Source: Candidatus Helarchaeota archaeon
Lineage (GTDB): Archaea > Asgardarchaeota > Lokiarchaeia > Helarchaeales > RDOG01
Reading direction: 5' to 3'
DNA length: 64,000 nucleotides
Assembly: GCA_019058315.1 (NCBI GenBank)
Contig: JAHPZH010000001.1
Span: 1,009,432-1,073,431 of the forward strand
Position numbers and translations under genes: made by a program. The notes below the pieces were generated by a model. The model did not search any database. It saw only the letters and a list, made by a program, of their open reading frames with translations, and was not told the DNA's origin. This document shows, piece by piece, positions 41,989 through 53,200 of the stretch (positions are counted from its first letter, which is position 1; every line of letters begins with the position of its first letter).

Positions 41989-43746
41989 TTGGAAGCCAAA
42001 TTTGAAAAGATAAAGAAAAAATGGCTTGAAATCTGGCCTAAAGCTCTCCTCACTTGGTCAAGATATATTATTTTAAGAGAGCCTATATTTCTTTTTAATT
42101 TGAAAGAAGTAAAAAGAGTAGGCATGGGTGATAATATTGCAGCAGTATCAATGGCAGACTTGGGTATACATGTAAATCTCCCAAAAATCGTTAATCTTGG
42201 TTTGGAAGATTGTGGCCATATAATACTTGCCCATGAAATTGGACATCATGTTCTTTGTCCTAATAGTCTAGTGAATATGGCAAGGCTAGTAAATATAATG
42301 CAACCAGTTTTTGGGAATATTGAACAAACTAGGATGATGGAAAATCTATATGGAGATTTGTTAATTAATGATAGATTATATCTCTCGCGAAAGCTTCCGA
42401 TTCCTAATGTTTATAAGCTAATGATGAAAAATGATGCTACATTACATGCCGATTTACTTTGGAAATTTTATATGAGAGTATATGAAACAATGTGGTATTT
42501 ACCACGTGGAAGTTTGGCAGGGAAAAACATAACAAAAAATATGGATATGGATGCTGGTATAGCTACGAGGATAATACGAATTTTTGCAAATCGTTGGATG
42601 AGGGCAGCGAAAAAAATCGCATATGTATTTCAACCATATTTTCCGCCCCTTGAAAAAATGAAACAAGCTTTAATGCCTAATTTAGATACAGAAGTTCCAG
42701 GTGAAGGTGCGGAAGGAAAAATTTATGGTTTGACGCAGATAGATCAAGATGAACTTGATGCTGCAGCAGATGAGGGTCCCTTTCCAATAGATTTACCCTC
42801 TCTAGATGAAATAAAAGAAGCAGAAATTGCTGAAGCAAAGAATAAAGCAGGTAAACCAGGAGGAGGACAACATCGTACCCCTGCTCAATATGGTCAAATT
42901 CTCAAGAATATTGGATTAAAGCTTAAACCTAATGAGGAAATTATAAAATATTATAAAGAATTAGCTAGTCCAAATCTAATACCACTTCCTAAAGTTAAGC
43001 GACCCGGAGGTGGTGATGCTTATCCAGAGGCAACTGATATTTGGTATATTGGAGAAGAACATGAAAAACTCGATTGGCCTGCGACTATTTTTGAGTCTCC
43101 AATAATATTTCCAAATTTAACAACCAGAAAGAGAATGTGGGCAGAAGATAAAGGATCAAAACTAACTAAGATGCCTGTAGATCTTGATATTTACATCGAT
43201 AGTTCCGGAAGCATGCCAAATCCTAGAACTGCAGTATCTTATCTTACCCTAGCTGGTGTAATTCTTGCTTTAAGTGCATTAAGAGCGGGAGCGAAAGCTC
43301 AAGTCACTGTATGGAGCGGTTATGGGCAATTTGCAAGCACCCAAGGTAAAGGTGGTTTTATCAATGATGAAAAGATTCTTTTAACAATGCTGTGTAAATA
43401 TTTTGGTGATGGTACAGGGTTTCCATTAAATGTTCTTCGTAACACATATAATGAACGAAAACCTGAGGATCCACCTGCCCATATTATTGTTATTTCAGAT
43501 GATGGTGTTGATACAATGCTTTTAAACGATGAAAAGGGAAAATCAGGTAAAAAGATCTCACAAGAATCGCTTGATTCTGCTCGTGGTGGAGGTACTCTAC
43601 TTCTTAATCTTCCATCACAAGTAAACAGTTATTCAAGAATTTTAGATTTAAAAAAACTTGGTTATGAAATATATAGGGTAACAAATTGGAACCAACTTGT
43701 AGATTTTGCCCGAGATTTTTCTGTAAAAACATATGGAGATTTATAA
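41989..43746 (+). CDS. HEXXH metallopeptidase-like + von Willebrand factor A domain protein
   Basis: LAHEIGHH … ENLYGDLLIND (zincin-like). MIDAS YIDSSGSM, plus GTGFP and IIVISDDG. Confidence 0.9.
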   Translation: MEAKFEKIKKKWLEIWPKALLTWSRYIILREPIFLFNLKEVKRVGMGDNIAAVSMADLGIHVNLPKIVNLGLEDCGHIILAHEIGHHVLCPNSLVNMARLVNIMQPVFGNIEQTRMMENLYGDLLINDRLYLSRKLPIPNVYKLMMKNDATLHADLLWKFYMRVYETMWYLPRGSLAGKNITKNMDMDAGIATRIIRIFANRWMRAAKKIAYVFQPYFPPLEKMKQALMPNLDTEVPGEGAEGKIYGLTQIDQDELDAAADEGPFPIDLPSLDEIKEAEIAEAKNKAGKPGGGQHRTPAQYGQILKNIGLKLKPNEEIIKYYKELASPNLIPLPKVKRPGGGDAYPEATDIWYIGEEHEKLDWPATIFESPIIFPNLTTRKRMWAEDKGSKLTKMPVDLDIYIDSSGSMPNPRTAVSYLTLAGVILALSALRAGAKAQVTVWSGYGQFASTQGKGGFINDEKILLTMLCKYFGDGTGFPLNVLRNTYNERKPEDPPAHIIVISDDGVDTMLLNDEKGKSGKKISQESLDSARGGGTLLLNLPSQVNSYSRILDLKKLGYEIYRVTNWNQLVDFARDFSVKTYGDL

Positions 43747-43747
43747 G

Positions 43748-44326
43748 ATGGAGAAAATTGAGTTAAAATTCCTGAAAGATGCAGTTTCACAGCTCCCTGA
43801 AGCATTTTCGCCCGAATCCTCTCCTGCTTTAGCTCATGATAATCTTATAGCAGTAAGTTATGATTTTTTAAATTATGAATTAGAAGTTCCAGCGAAACTT
43901 AAAAATTTTAAAAAAGTTTTTTCCCGTATCCCAAAAAATCAACGCGCAATTTATCTAATAGAAATAGGAATTCTTTCAAATAATGATGTTTTACCAATTT
44001 TTAAAGCTGCTATAAAAAAGAAATCAGTGGGTGACTTTTATATTATATCCTCAATAGCTGAGATAGCAAAAAGTTTAGCCGATATTGTTCCACCCGAAAA
44101 CTTCATTAGTGATCCTGAAAGGGCAGAAGAAATTGTGAGAAAACTTACTAAAACATTTGGAATTAAGATTGCAGGTGAAACTGAGTCAGAAAGTGAATCA
44201 AGACTTCTTCAAGTGGATTCTTTAGAGTTAAAAAATGTTAAAGATCAAATCGAGGCAAAAATTCGAAAAGCCCTTGAGGAAGCTCGAAGAAAAGCAAAAG
44301 CTGCTGCCAAAGTAACGAGAGAGTGA
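43748..44326 (+). CDS. MoxR/VWA-operon accessory helical protein
   Basis: ATG 1 nt after the VWA stop (the track start is 43733). Contains DPERAEEIVR…GETESESESRL…AAAKVTRE. Confidence 0.8.
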   Translation: MEKIELKFLKDAVSQLPEAFSPESSPALAHDNLIAVSYDFLNYELEVPAKLKNFKKVFSRIPKNQRAIYLIEIGILSNNDVLPIFKAAIKKKSVGDFYIISSIAEIAKSLADIVPPENFISDPERAEEIVRKLTKTFGIKIAGETESESESRLLQVDSLELKNVKDQIEAKIRKALEEARRKAKAAAKVTRE

Positions 44327-44359
44327 AAATAATGCGCTCTAATTCGTTGAGAGGGTTAA

Positions 44360-44908
44360 ATGGTTAAAATAGACAGAATTTCGAATGAACACGAAAAACA
44401 CACGATTCGAGAATTAAAAAAGAAATATAATTTATCAGATAAAGATTATAATATTGATGAAAGAGGACATGTAATTAAAATTAGTTTATCTAATAAAAAT
44501 TTAGAGAAGATACCTGATTTTATTAATGAATTAAAGCAATTAAAAATATTAAATCTTAGTCATAATAAAATTTCAAAGATAGAAGGTTTGAATAATCTAT
44601 CGAAACTTAAAAAATTGAATTTGCATGCAAATATCATCACACATATAAGTGGTTTGGAGAATTTAATTCAATTAAAAGACATAAATCTTCTCCGAAATCA
44701 GATTAATAAGATAGAAGGGTTAGATAATCTTACTCGATTACAACGATTGAATCTTTACAATAATCAGATCAAGAAATTAGAAGGGTTAGGTAATCTTACG
44801 CAATTATCAGAACTACAACTTAGTAATAATCCCTTATTAGATGAAGATAAAAAAATATATGAAAAGGGCTTAAAAACAATAATTGAATATTGTAAAAAAA
44901 ATGAATAA
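44360..44908 (+). CDS. Leucine-rich repeat protein (SDS22/internalin-like)
   Basis: Repeated 22-aa LxxLNLxxNxIxKIEGLxNL units. Confidence 0.92.
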   Translation: MVKIDRISNEHEKHTIRELKKKYNLSDKDYNIDERGHVIKISLSNKNLEKIPDFINELKQLKILNLSHNKISKIEGLNNLSKLKKLNLHANIITHISGLENLIQLKDINLLRNQINKIEGLDNLTRLQRLNLYNNQIKKLEGLGNLTQLSELQLSNNPLLDEDKKIYEKGLKTIIEYCKKNE

Positions 44909-44956
44909 TAAAAAATAAAAATCAAAAAAAGGACAAGATAAGGAAGTCAGATTTGA

Positions 44957-45124
44957 ATGGCTAAAAAAGTAAAAATAATAGAGAAACTCGATTATCCTGC
45001 GGACTTAGAAGAAGCTATGAACGCTTTCTTAAAAGGAGTTGGAAACGTTATTGACATACAATACACTGTTTTCATCACTCCAGACAAAAAAGCATACTAC
45101 CAAGCATATATTTTGTATGAGTGA
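44957..45124 (+). CDS. 55-aa small protein, Cse60/DUF2758-like (not in ORF track)
   Basis: MAKKVKIIEKLDYPADLEEAMNAFLKGVGNVIDIQYTVFITPDKKAYYQAYILYE*. The beta-alpha-beta-beta pattern VKI…LE..MN.FL…VIDIQY…AYILY resembles that family. Confidence 0.75.
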   Translation: MAKKVKIIEKLDYPADLEEAMNAFLKGVGNVIDIQYTVFITPDKKAYYQAYILYE

Positions 45125-45200
45125 TAATGAAAGAACTATCCCTAAGGAACAAACCTTAAATCTCTTCTAACCTTTCTTTATTTCTTAAATAAATTTAAAT

Positions 45201-45671
45201 GTGAAAAATATGGAAGAATCTAAACTTTTTAAGCAAATCAACCAAATTGGAATTGTCACAACGAATTTAGAAAAAGCTATAGAGAAATACGAAAAAGTAC
45301 TTGGAATAGGTCCTTGGAATATTTTAGATCGTAAAAATCAGACTGCTATATATAATGATAAAGAAATAACATTCTCTACAAAAACAGCCTTAGCTTGGTT
45401 TGGTTCTATACAAATGGAAATAAATCATGTTTATGAAGGTGAGACGGCTCATTTGGATTGGATAAGAAGACGTGGTGAAGGGTTCCACCATTTTGGAGTA
45501 TTTGTTGATGACCTAGATGAAGCTTTAAAAAAACTTGAACCTTTAGGAATTAAATGCTTCTTCCGGGTCACAACGGCAGGAGTGACCGCTGCGTATTTAG
45601 ATACAGAAAAGATATTCGGATACGTTTATGAATTTATATCATTACCAAAGAGAAAAAAAAGAAAGAAATAG
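45201..45671 (+). CDS. VOC-family protein (methylmalonyl-CoA epimerase/glyoxalase-like)
   Basis: INQIGIV…LGIGPW…QMEIN…GEGFHHFGVFVDDL…AYLDT…YEF. Confidence 0.9.
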   Translation: MKNMEESKLFKQINQIGIVTTNLEKAIEKYEKVLGIGPWNILDRKNQTAIYNDKEITFSTKTALAWFGSIQMEINHVYEGETAHLDWIRRRGEGFHHFGVFVDDLDEALKKLEPLGIKCFFRVTTAGVTAAYLDTEKIFGYVYEFISLPKRKKRKK

Positions 45672-45680
45672 TGAATTTTA

Positions 45681-47042
45681 ATGGATCTCGATGAAATTAA
45701 AGAGCATAAACATGGTCCTAAATGGAACTCTGAAGCTTCTGATATGCTTGATGAGGGAATGATTGATGAGATTGCTGAATTTACTGAAGATTTAGATGAA
45801 TTTACAAGAAATATGGAATCTCGAAGTATATATTTAAAAGATAATATTCCTAAATTGTTAGATTATGCTAAACGGCATATACAATATATTAAAGAATTAA
45901 ATATACCAGAATCAAATAAATTGATTGATTTCCCAACAACAGATCGCTCTATTCTTGCCTCTTATCCTTGGAAACTTGTTCCGGATGATCTGGATTATTC
46001 AGGATTAATAGTGTATAATACAGCTGGCACGACAGGAGAACCTGTAAGTGTACCTCAACATCCTATTAGTGTAGCAGCTTATTGTAATTTACTATTACGA
46101 GCTCTTTCCTTTTGGGGAATTGAACATGAATTTTTACCAGAAAAAGTAGGAATTGCACTAGTAGGATTTCAAAAATATACTATTACATTTCCCTGTATAT
46201 TAAAATCTTTAAATAATACTATTTTTTTAAAAATTAACCTGAACGAGGAAGATTGGCGGGATGCTTATGATGGTTATCGCTTTCTTTCTGATGTGAAACC
46301 GGAAATTTTAACCGGAGATCCCCTGTCCTTTTCAAAGTTAGCACATCTTGGTGATCAAATTAAATATCCGCCAATTCGACCTAAAGCATTGATTACAACT
46401 GCAGTTGCTCTTTCTGATGGAGTTAGAAAAAGACTTGAAGAAGCTTTTCAAGCCCCAGTTATTGATTGGTATTCTTTGACAGAAACAGGTCCAATTGGCT
46501 ATAAATGCAAATTAGGCCATGGATATCACGTTTTATCTCACGATATCGAAATTGAAATTCTTGATAAAACAGGAAATCCTTGTAAACCAGAAGAAGTTGG
46601 TGAAATCACAGTATCTGGTGGTAGAAATCCTTATTTTCCTTTAATTAGATATAGAACTGGTGATTATGGGAAACTAAATTTTGAAATTTGCCCTTGTGGT
46701 GATCCCATGCCTAGAATTTTCAACTTAGAAGGACGTGAACCAGTTCAATTCTTCACAATAGATAAAAAAATTATTAATAATGCAGATATTTCAGCAGTCC
46801 TAAAACCTTTTCCTATCATTCAATTCACATTTCATCAAGATTCTAAAGGTGCTTGCGAACTTAAAGTAAAATTTGCGAGTGGTGTTCAACAACCTTCAAA
46901 AGAAGAATTGAGAGAGGTAATTTGTGAAGTAATGGGAAAAAATATTTCATTAAATGTTATAATTGACCCTAATTTAGGGGAGAGAAGATCTAGTGGTAAA
47001 GTTATACCTTTCTCAGCTGATATTCCGCTCTTTTATGAATGA
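45681..47042 (+). CDS. Adenylate-forming enzyme, phenylacetate-CoA ligase/CapK-like
   Basis: YNTAGTTGEP, DWYSLTETGPIG, PLIRYRTGD and LEGR. Confidence 0.88.
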   Translation: MDLDEIKEHKHGPKWNSEASDMLDEGMIDEIAEFTEDLDEFTRNMESRSIYLKDNIPKLLDYAKRHIQYIKELNIPESNKLIDFPTTDRSILASYPWKLVPDDLDYSGLIVYNTAGTTGEPVSVPQHPISVAAYCNLLLRALSFWGIEHEFLPEKVGIALVGFQKYTITFPCILKSLNNTIFLKINLNEEDWRDAYDGYRFLSDVKPEILTGDPLSFSKLAHLGDQIKYPPIRPKALITTAVALSDGVRKRLEEAFQAPVIDWYSLTETGPIGYKCKLGHGYHVLSHDIEIEILDKTGNPCKPEEVGEITVSGGRNPYFPLIRYRTGDYGKLNFEICPCGDPMPRIFNLEGREPVQFFTIDKKIINNADISAVLKPFPIIQFTFHQDSKGACELKVKFASGVQQPSKEELREVICEVMGKNISLNVIIDPNLGERRSSGKVIPFSADIPLFYE

Positions 47043-47101
47043 AATAAAAAAAGTTCTTTATAATTTAATCGTTAAAGATTAATAATTTTAAAGGTGATTT
47101 T

Positions 47102-47680
47102 ATGGAAAAAGATAAAATTAGTAAGGAAGAAACTCATCTAATTGCACCATGTGGAATCTATTGTGGTGCATGCGATTCATTCTTGGGAAAAAGTAAAAAA
47201 TTAGCTTCTGAACTATATAAAATCCTCGAAGGTTTTAATTTAACAGATGTAGGTCCTGTATTTTTAGGAGCTACTCAAAAACAAATAAAAACCTTCTTAA
47301 AATTGTTAAAGAAAATAGGTAAAAATCCAAAATGCCTAGGTTGTTTAGGAGGAGGAGGAAATCCTATGTGTCCAATGAAATTGTGCACAAAGAAAAAAGG
47401 TATTTTAACTTGTGCTGAATGTGATGAAATGCCATGTCCTCCAAATGATGCCGACTTAGAAAATCCTTTGATGAGTAAAGCAGGTATGTTGCATTTAATC
47501 AGTAGGCGTTATAATAAGTGGAATATTGAAAATTTAAAAAAGATTAAGAAGGATGGATATCGAAAGTTAATTGATGAAATGCAAGAAAAAGTTAGAGATG
47601 GATTTCTGACAAGCGATGTAATATCAAAAGAAAAAATTTTTACTGAAGTCATGGAGAAAATGGAAAAAAAGAAAAAATAA
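47102..47680 (+). CDS. DUF3795-like Cys-rich (Fe-S/Zn) protein
   Basis: APCGIYCGAC … CLGC … CPMKLC … CAECDEMPC. Confidence 0.85.
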   Translation: MEKDKISKEETHLIAPCGIYCGACDSFLGKSKKLASELYKILEGFNLTDVGPVFLGATQKQIKTFLKLLKKIGKNPKCLGCLGGGGNPMCPMKLCTKKKGILTCAECDEMPCPPNDADLENPLMSKAGMLHLISRRYNKWNIENLKKIKKDGYRKLIDEMQEKVRDGFLTSDVISKEKIFTEVMEKMEKKKK

Positions 47681-47730
47681 ATAATAATAAATATAATTAC
47701 AGATATATTTCGACTAAAAATGGTGAATAA

Positions 47731-48486
47731 TTGACAATCACAGCATATCATGATTCTCCTTATGAGGGACGCCCTCATCGATATTATTTTGCTATAACAA
47801 ATGATTGTAATAGAGCATGTCCTTGGTGTAGCACATATTCATCCCCTGGAAAAAAAACATATTTATTAAAAGAAAAATTTATTCATTTACTTCCTAAAGA
47901 AGGATCATTCGAAATTCAATTCGAAGGGGGCGAACCGACTCTTCATCCTGATTTATTTTGGATGATCAAGCAATCTCGTGAAACAAGAAGATGTAACAGA
48001 GTTGTTCTTTGTACAAATGGTGTAGTATTTCCTTTTTTGTATCGAAATAATCGAATAGATAATAAGAAATCAAAGTCATCACTTAAAAACTATTTTTTAA
48101 AAATGGGACATCCTTTAACCATTAAATTAAGTTTAAATCATCATCTCTATGAGCATGATAAATTGATTTTTGAAAAAGCTAAATTGGTTGTGGATGTTTT
48201 CGAAGATCTAAGAGCCATTGGGGATTTTAAAATTATTTTAAATGTTAGACGTCGAAATAATCGAAAATATAATTATGATAAGTTAATTTTAGAACATTTA
48301 TCTCATTATGCACTTGAACCATATACAAATATATTTTTTCTTCAAGCATATGGGAAAAATAAAAATAATAAACTCGCAGAAAAGCCGTTTCTTGTAGGAT
48401 ATAATTTCACCTTATTCAATCCAGATGGAAAATCCTTTGGCAATGATTTAATTTCAAGATCTGAGGCAATGAAAGAACTTCCTTGA
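47731..48486 (+). CDS. Radical SAM protein (short)
   Basis: CNRACPWC, FEGGEPTLHP and LCTNG. Confidence 0.9.
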   Translation: MTITAYHDSPYEGRPHRYYFAITNDCNRACPWCSTYSSPGKKTYLLKEKFIHLLPKEGSFEIQFEGGEPTLHPDLFWMIKQSRETRRCNRVVLCTNGVVFPFLYRNNRIDNKKSKSSLKNYFLKMGHPLTIKLSLNHHLYEHDKLIFEKAKLVVDVFEDLRAIGDFKIILNVRRRNNRKYNYDKLILEHLSHYALEPYTNIFFLQAYGKNKNNKLAEKPFLVGYNFTLFNPDGKSFGNDLISRSEAMKELP

Positions 48487-48496
48487 GAGATTATAA

Positions 48497-49591
48497 ATGA
48501 TTACAAGTCAAAAATTTAATAGTATAAATCCAGAATATCGGCAATATAAACAGACAATTTTTGACTTAAGAACAAATAGTACAACTAAATCATTAATAAA
48601 TTGGAATGTTAATGGTAAAACTTACAAAGTTTATTCAAATGTTAATCTCTCAATATATTCGGGACAAGAATGTAATGGAAATTGTTCTTTTTGTGTAGAA
48701 CAGCTACGACCTTTAAGTCGTGGAAGAACTTTGAAATCTCAGAAAATCCAAATTTCGGATGATAAAAAATACTTTAAATTATTGGAGGCAACATTAAGAG
48801 AAACAAAGCAATTAAAGCCGAGTATTTCAATCACAGGTGGCGAACCAAGCAAAGATCATCGATTAAATAAGATTCTTAAATATATAACAAAATATAATAT
48901 GCGTAAACGTACAATGACAACAAATGGTTCGGGTCTATTAAATGTGGATCCCGGGACTAACCTAAAAGTAATAGACCTTTTAGCTCTTGCAAAATTATCT
49001 CATTTAAATTTAAGTCGAGCTCATTATGATGATGAAATTAATCACAAGATTATGGATTTGGATGAATTTTTCAGTAATAAAAAATTGAAGGCGATTATTG
49101 TTAGAGCTAAAATGGGAGGTATTAGACCTCGTTTATCTTGCGTTCTTTTAAAAGGAAACGTTGATAACACCCGAGAAATAATTAAATATTTAGATTGGGC
49201 AGCCTCAATGGGTGTTGATAATGTCGTATTTCGACAATTAATGCAATTTGATCATAAAACTCATCTTAAAAACCGAATTACCCGATTTTGTCAAGATTTT
49301 TTTGTTCCACTTGCACCATTACTACAAGAAATTTATCAAGATGAATTTTATCATAAACCAAATTTTTCATTTATCAAACAGGTAATGGGTTATTATTATT
49401 ATGTAGAAGTTTTTCGTTATAAAAAATCTGGGCAGAAAGGAATTGATGTTGTTTTTGAAGAAGCTGATCTTTCATTCATTGAATTAAGAAAACAAAACAA
49501 TATTGAGAATCGAATTATTTATGAACTTATTTTCCATCCAAATGGTCATTTATGTTCAACTTGGCAACCATGGGACGGAATAATACTTTAG
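48497..49591 (+). CDS. Radical SAM protein
   Basis: CNGNCSFC, ITGGEPS, TTNGSGL, HLNLSRAHYD and LIFHPNG. Confidence 0.9.
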   Translation: MITSQKFNSINPEYRQYKQTIFDLRTNSTTKSLINWNVNGKTYKVYSNVNLSIYSGQECNGNCSFCVEQLRPLSRGRTLKSQKIQISDDKKYFKLLEATLRETKQLKPSISITGGEPSKDHRLNKILKYITKYNMRKRTMTTNGSGLLNVDPGTNLKVIDLLALAKLSHLNLSRAHYDDEINHKIMDLDEFFSNKKLKAIIVRAKMGGIRPRLSCVLLKGNVDNTREIIKYLDWAASMGVDNVVFRQLMQFDHKTHLKNRITRFCQDFFVPLAPLLQEIYQDEFYHKPNFSFIKQVMGYYYYVEVFRYKKSGQKGIDVVFEEADLSFIELRKQNNIENRIIYELIFHPNGHLCSTWQPWDGIIL

Positions 49592-49599
49592 GTCATTAA

Positions 49600-49917
49600 T
49601 TAATATTTTTCTCCCTGTTTCCAATACATTACTTTTTCAAATGACTTTCGTTGTGCTAAAATTTCTTCTTGGCTTTTTCCTCGCTTCTCTAATTCCTCTA
49701 CCCAATCAATTATTAAAAGTTCAAACGCATCTTGTAGTGTAGTAATTTCGTTTTTATATTGTTTTATTTCCTCATCTTTTTTACTTAAATCTTGATTAAG
49801 ATCATCGATTTTTTTTTGTAATTTTTTTGTTTTACTAATTTCATCATATAATTTTTTAGTTAGGCTTTTCCGGATCTTCTCCAATTCTTGCTCTAGAACC
49901 TTAAATTTTTCTTCCAA
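49600..49917 (-). CDS. Coiled-coil hypothetical protein
   Basis: 105 aa of K/E-rich heptads, TTG start, convergent with the radical SAM gene. Confidence 0.7.
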   Translation of the reverse strand: MEEKFKVLEQELEKIRKSLTKKLYDEISKTKKLQKKIDDLNQDLSKKDEEIKQYKNEITTLQDAFELLIIDWVEELEKRGKSQEEILAQRKSFEKVMYWKQGEKY

Positions 49918-50265
49918 TATGATTAAACTCTCAATAATTTTTCAAATAGAAGATTTGAATTATAGATAGTATTAATTTTATATTAAATTACCTATATTTC
50001 CAAATTCTAATTTTAATGAAATAAAAGTCGAAATCATGGTCACAAATGGTGTTAATAATTTACCAACTGGTCTAATAACTTTTGGAAGATCAGATGATTA
50101 AGTTCAATATAATCTCTATATTTTTTTTATAACAAATTTCTAATTTGGAATAATCGGACAGTATAAGCTGGGAATTATTGGACTATATTATTTTTTATAA
50201 CATTAAAAAGTTCTATATCATTTAAAGTATTATTGCATCGATTTCGAATTTCAAAGGTGAATTTT

Positions 50266-53200
50266 ATGAAAAAAAATAATTTCAGTTCAAAATCACTAAT
50301 TTTACTAGTAATCTTTTCATTAAGTTTCACGCTTCTTTATTCAAACTCATCAAATAATCTATCTTTATGGAGTTTTACACAATTAATAAATAAAATTAAC
50401 AATTTTGAAGATTCAAATATTTTTACAAATGAAGATTTAAAATGGGTTAATAACGGAACTCCAATATGTACTGAAGATTATTCTCAATCGGGAGCAAAGA
50501 TTTGCAGTGATGGTGATGGGGGTGTAATTATAATATGGTCTGATGGTAGAGATTCCAATACTGATATTTATGCACAGCGGCTTAATTCAAGTGGGATCGC
50601 GCAATGGACGCCTAATGGTACTCCTATATGCCAATTTAGTGGAGGTCAGACACAGCTCCAAATTTGTAGTGATGGAAATGGTGGGGCAATAATTACTTGG
50701 ACTGATTATAGAGATGGAGCTAATACTGATATTTATGCCCAACGGATAGATTCAAATGGAGTCGTTAATTGGACTATAAACGGAATACCTATATGCAAGG
50801 AAGATGATGCCCAACATCAGCCCGAAATTTGTAGTGATGGCGCTGGAGGTGCAATTATAGTATGGCAAGATGGCAGACCTGGAGGAGCTAATGATGATAT
50901 TTATGCACAGCGAATAAATTCAAATGGTATTGCACTTTGGACTCCCAATGGAACTCTAATATGTGATCAAATTAATTATCAAAGAAACCCAGAGATTTGT
51001 AGTGATGGGGTTGGAGGTGCAATTTTTACATGGGAAGATGAAAGAAATGGGGGCGGTATAAGAGATATTTATGCACAAAGGATCGACTCAACTGGTTTCG
51101 TACTGTGGTTAGCAAATGGAATATCAATATGTACAGAGATTAATAATCAATATTATCCAGAAATTTGTAGTGATGACAATGGAGGCGCAATTATAACATG
51201 GGAAGATCATCGTATTACTTCTTCAAATCGTGATATTTATGCACACAAAGTTGATTCTATGGGGAATTTATTATGGACTGATAATGGCACACCAATTTGC
51301 ACAACAAGTAACAATCAATATTCTCCTAAACTATGCAGCGATGATGATGGAGGCGCAATTATAACATGGGAGGATGAAAGAGTAGGCACGAAAGACATTT
51401 ACGCACAAAGAATTAATTCTAGTGAGGCTGTTATGTGGACTAGCAATGGTGCAAATATCTGTACAGCAATCAATTCTCAAGAAAGTCCTTCAATTAGTTC
51501 CGATGGAGCTGGAGGCGCAATTATAGCATGGACAGATTGGAGAAATGGTACAGAAATGGATATTTATGCTCAACAAATAAATTCAACTGGAGCTGTACAA
51601 TGGACTATGGATGGTATACCAATATGTACTTTTAATTATAATCAAATGGGTAGTTTTGTTTTCTCCAAAGCTGGCGAAGCATTTATAACATGGGCTGATA
51701 GAAGAACTGGGACTTTATATGATGATCTTTATGCACAGCATGTAGTATTTGATGAGATTCCTCCAAGTATTACTGTATATTCACCTCCTGGAAATTATTA
51801 TAATAGCCCTCCTGTAATGGATGTGGATTTTAATGATGATTATAATTTGGATGATGCATATTATAAAGTAGATTCTTTCACTCCTTCTGGTACTAATACA
51901 ACAGGATGGAATACCATTTTTACTAATAATGATGGAAATACCAATACGACAGATTTTACAATGGCAACTTCAATATGGACTTCATTAACTCAAGGATTAC
52001 ATACAGTTTATTTTAAAGCTTGGGATGATGTTAATAATGTAAATGATGGATCTTCTCCTTCTTGGCAATTTTATAAAGATACACAAGCTCCGAGTATTAC
52101 AGTCAATATGCTGGGTGGGAATACTTACACATCCGCTCCTGTTATGGATGTAGATTTTTTAGATGCTTTTTCACTTGATGATGGATATTACCGAGTAGAC
52201 TCATATAACCCTCAGGGCACCAATCCAACTGATTGGACAGAAATTTTCACAAATCTTGCCAATGATAGTTATACTTCAAACTTTACAATGTCAAGTTCTG
52301 TATGGAATTCATTAACTCAAGGATCACACACAGTTTATTTTAAAGCTTGGGATGATGTTAATAATGTAAATGATGGATCTTCTCCCTCTTGGCAATTTTA
52401 CAAAGATACTAATGCTCCAGACATTATTATCAATACTGGATCTGGTAATTATTATAATTCACCTCCAAGTATGGATGTAGACTTCAATGATTCAATATCT
52501 CTTGATGATGGTTACTATAAAGTCAATTCTTGGGTTCCAAGTGATTTTATAACTACTGGTTGGTATGAAGTTTTTAATAATTATGGAGGATCCACTTATA
52601 CAATAGATTTTACAATGAATGGGTCTCTTTGGAATACTCTTAATGAGGGATCAAACACGGTTTATTTTAAAGCTTGGGACGACGAGGGAAATATTAATAA
52701 TGGTTCTTCTCCATCTTGGCAATTTTATAAAGATATAACTGATCCTTATTTTTCATTTATAACCCCTTCTGGTAATTATTATAATTACGAAATACCCAGT
52801 ATTCTTGTAGATCTCAAAGATAACTTAAATTTATCTTGGGTATATTACCAAATAGATAATGATCAACCAAAAGATGCTGATTTAACAAATTGGACAGTAA
52901 TTTTTATCGATTTGTCATCAAATGATACAGTAATCAATTTTGGAGTAAATAATACTATTTTTAATTCCTTAAGTGAAGGCTCCCATAATTTATATATCAA
53001 AATAAGTGATGATGCAGGTAATATTAATGATACTAACCTTGAATATTTCCAATTTTGGAAGGATACTACACCTCCTACAATTACAGTTAATTCTCCACAA
53101 GGAAATTATTATAATTCAACTCCGTATATGGATATGGATTTCAATGATAATTATTTACTTGATGATGCATATTACAAAGTAGATTCTTGGTCTCCAAATG

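Noticed and set aside
47731-49591. Viperin or MoaA assignment for the radical SAM genes
   Set aside because: Family-specific motifs could not be recognised beyond the generic CxxxCxxC/GGEP.
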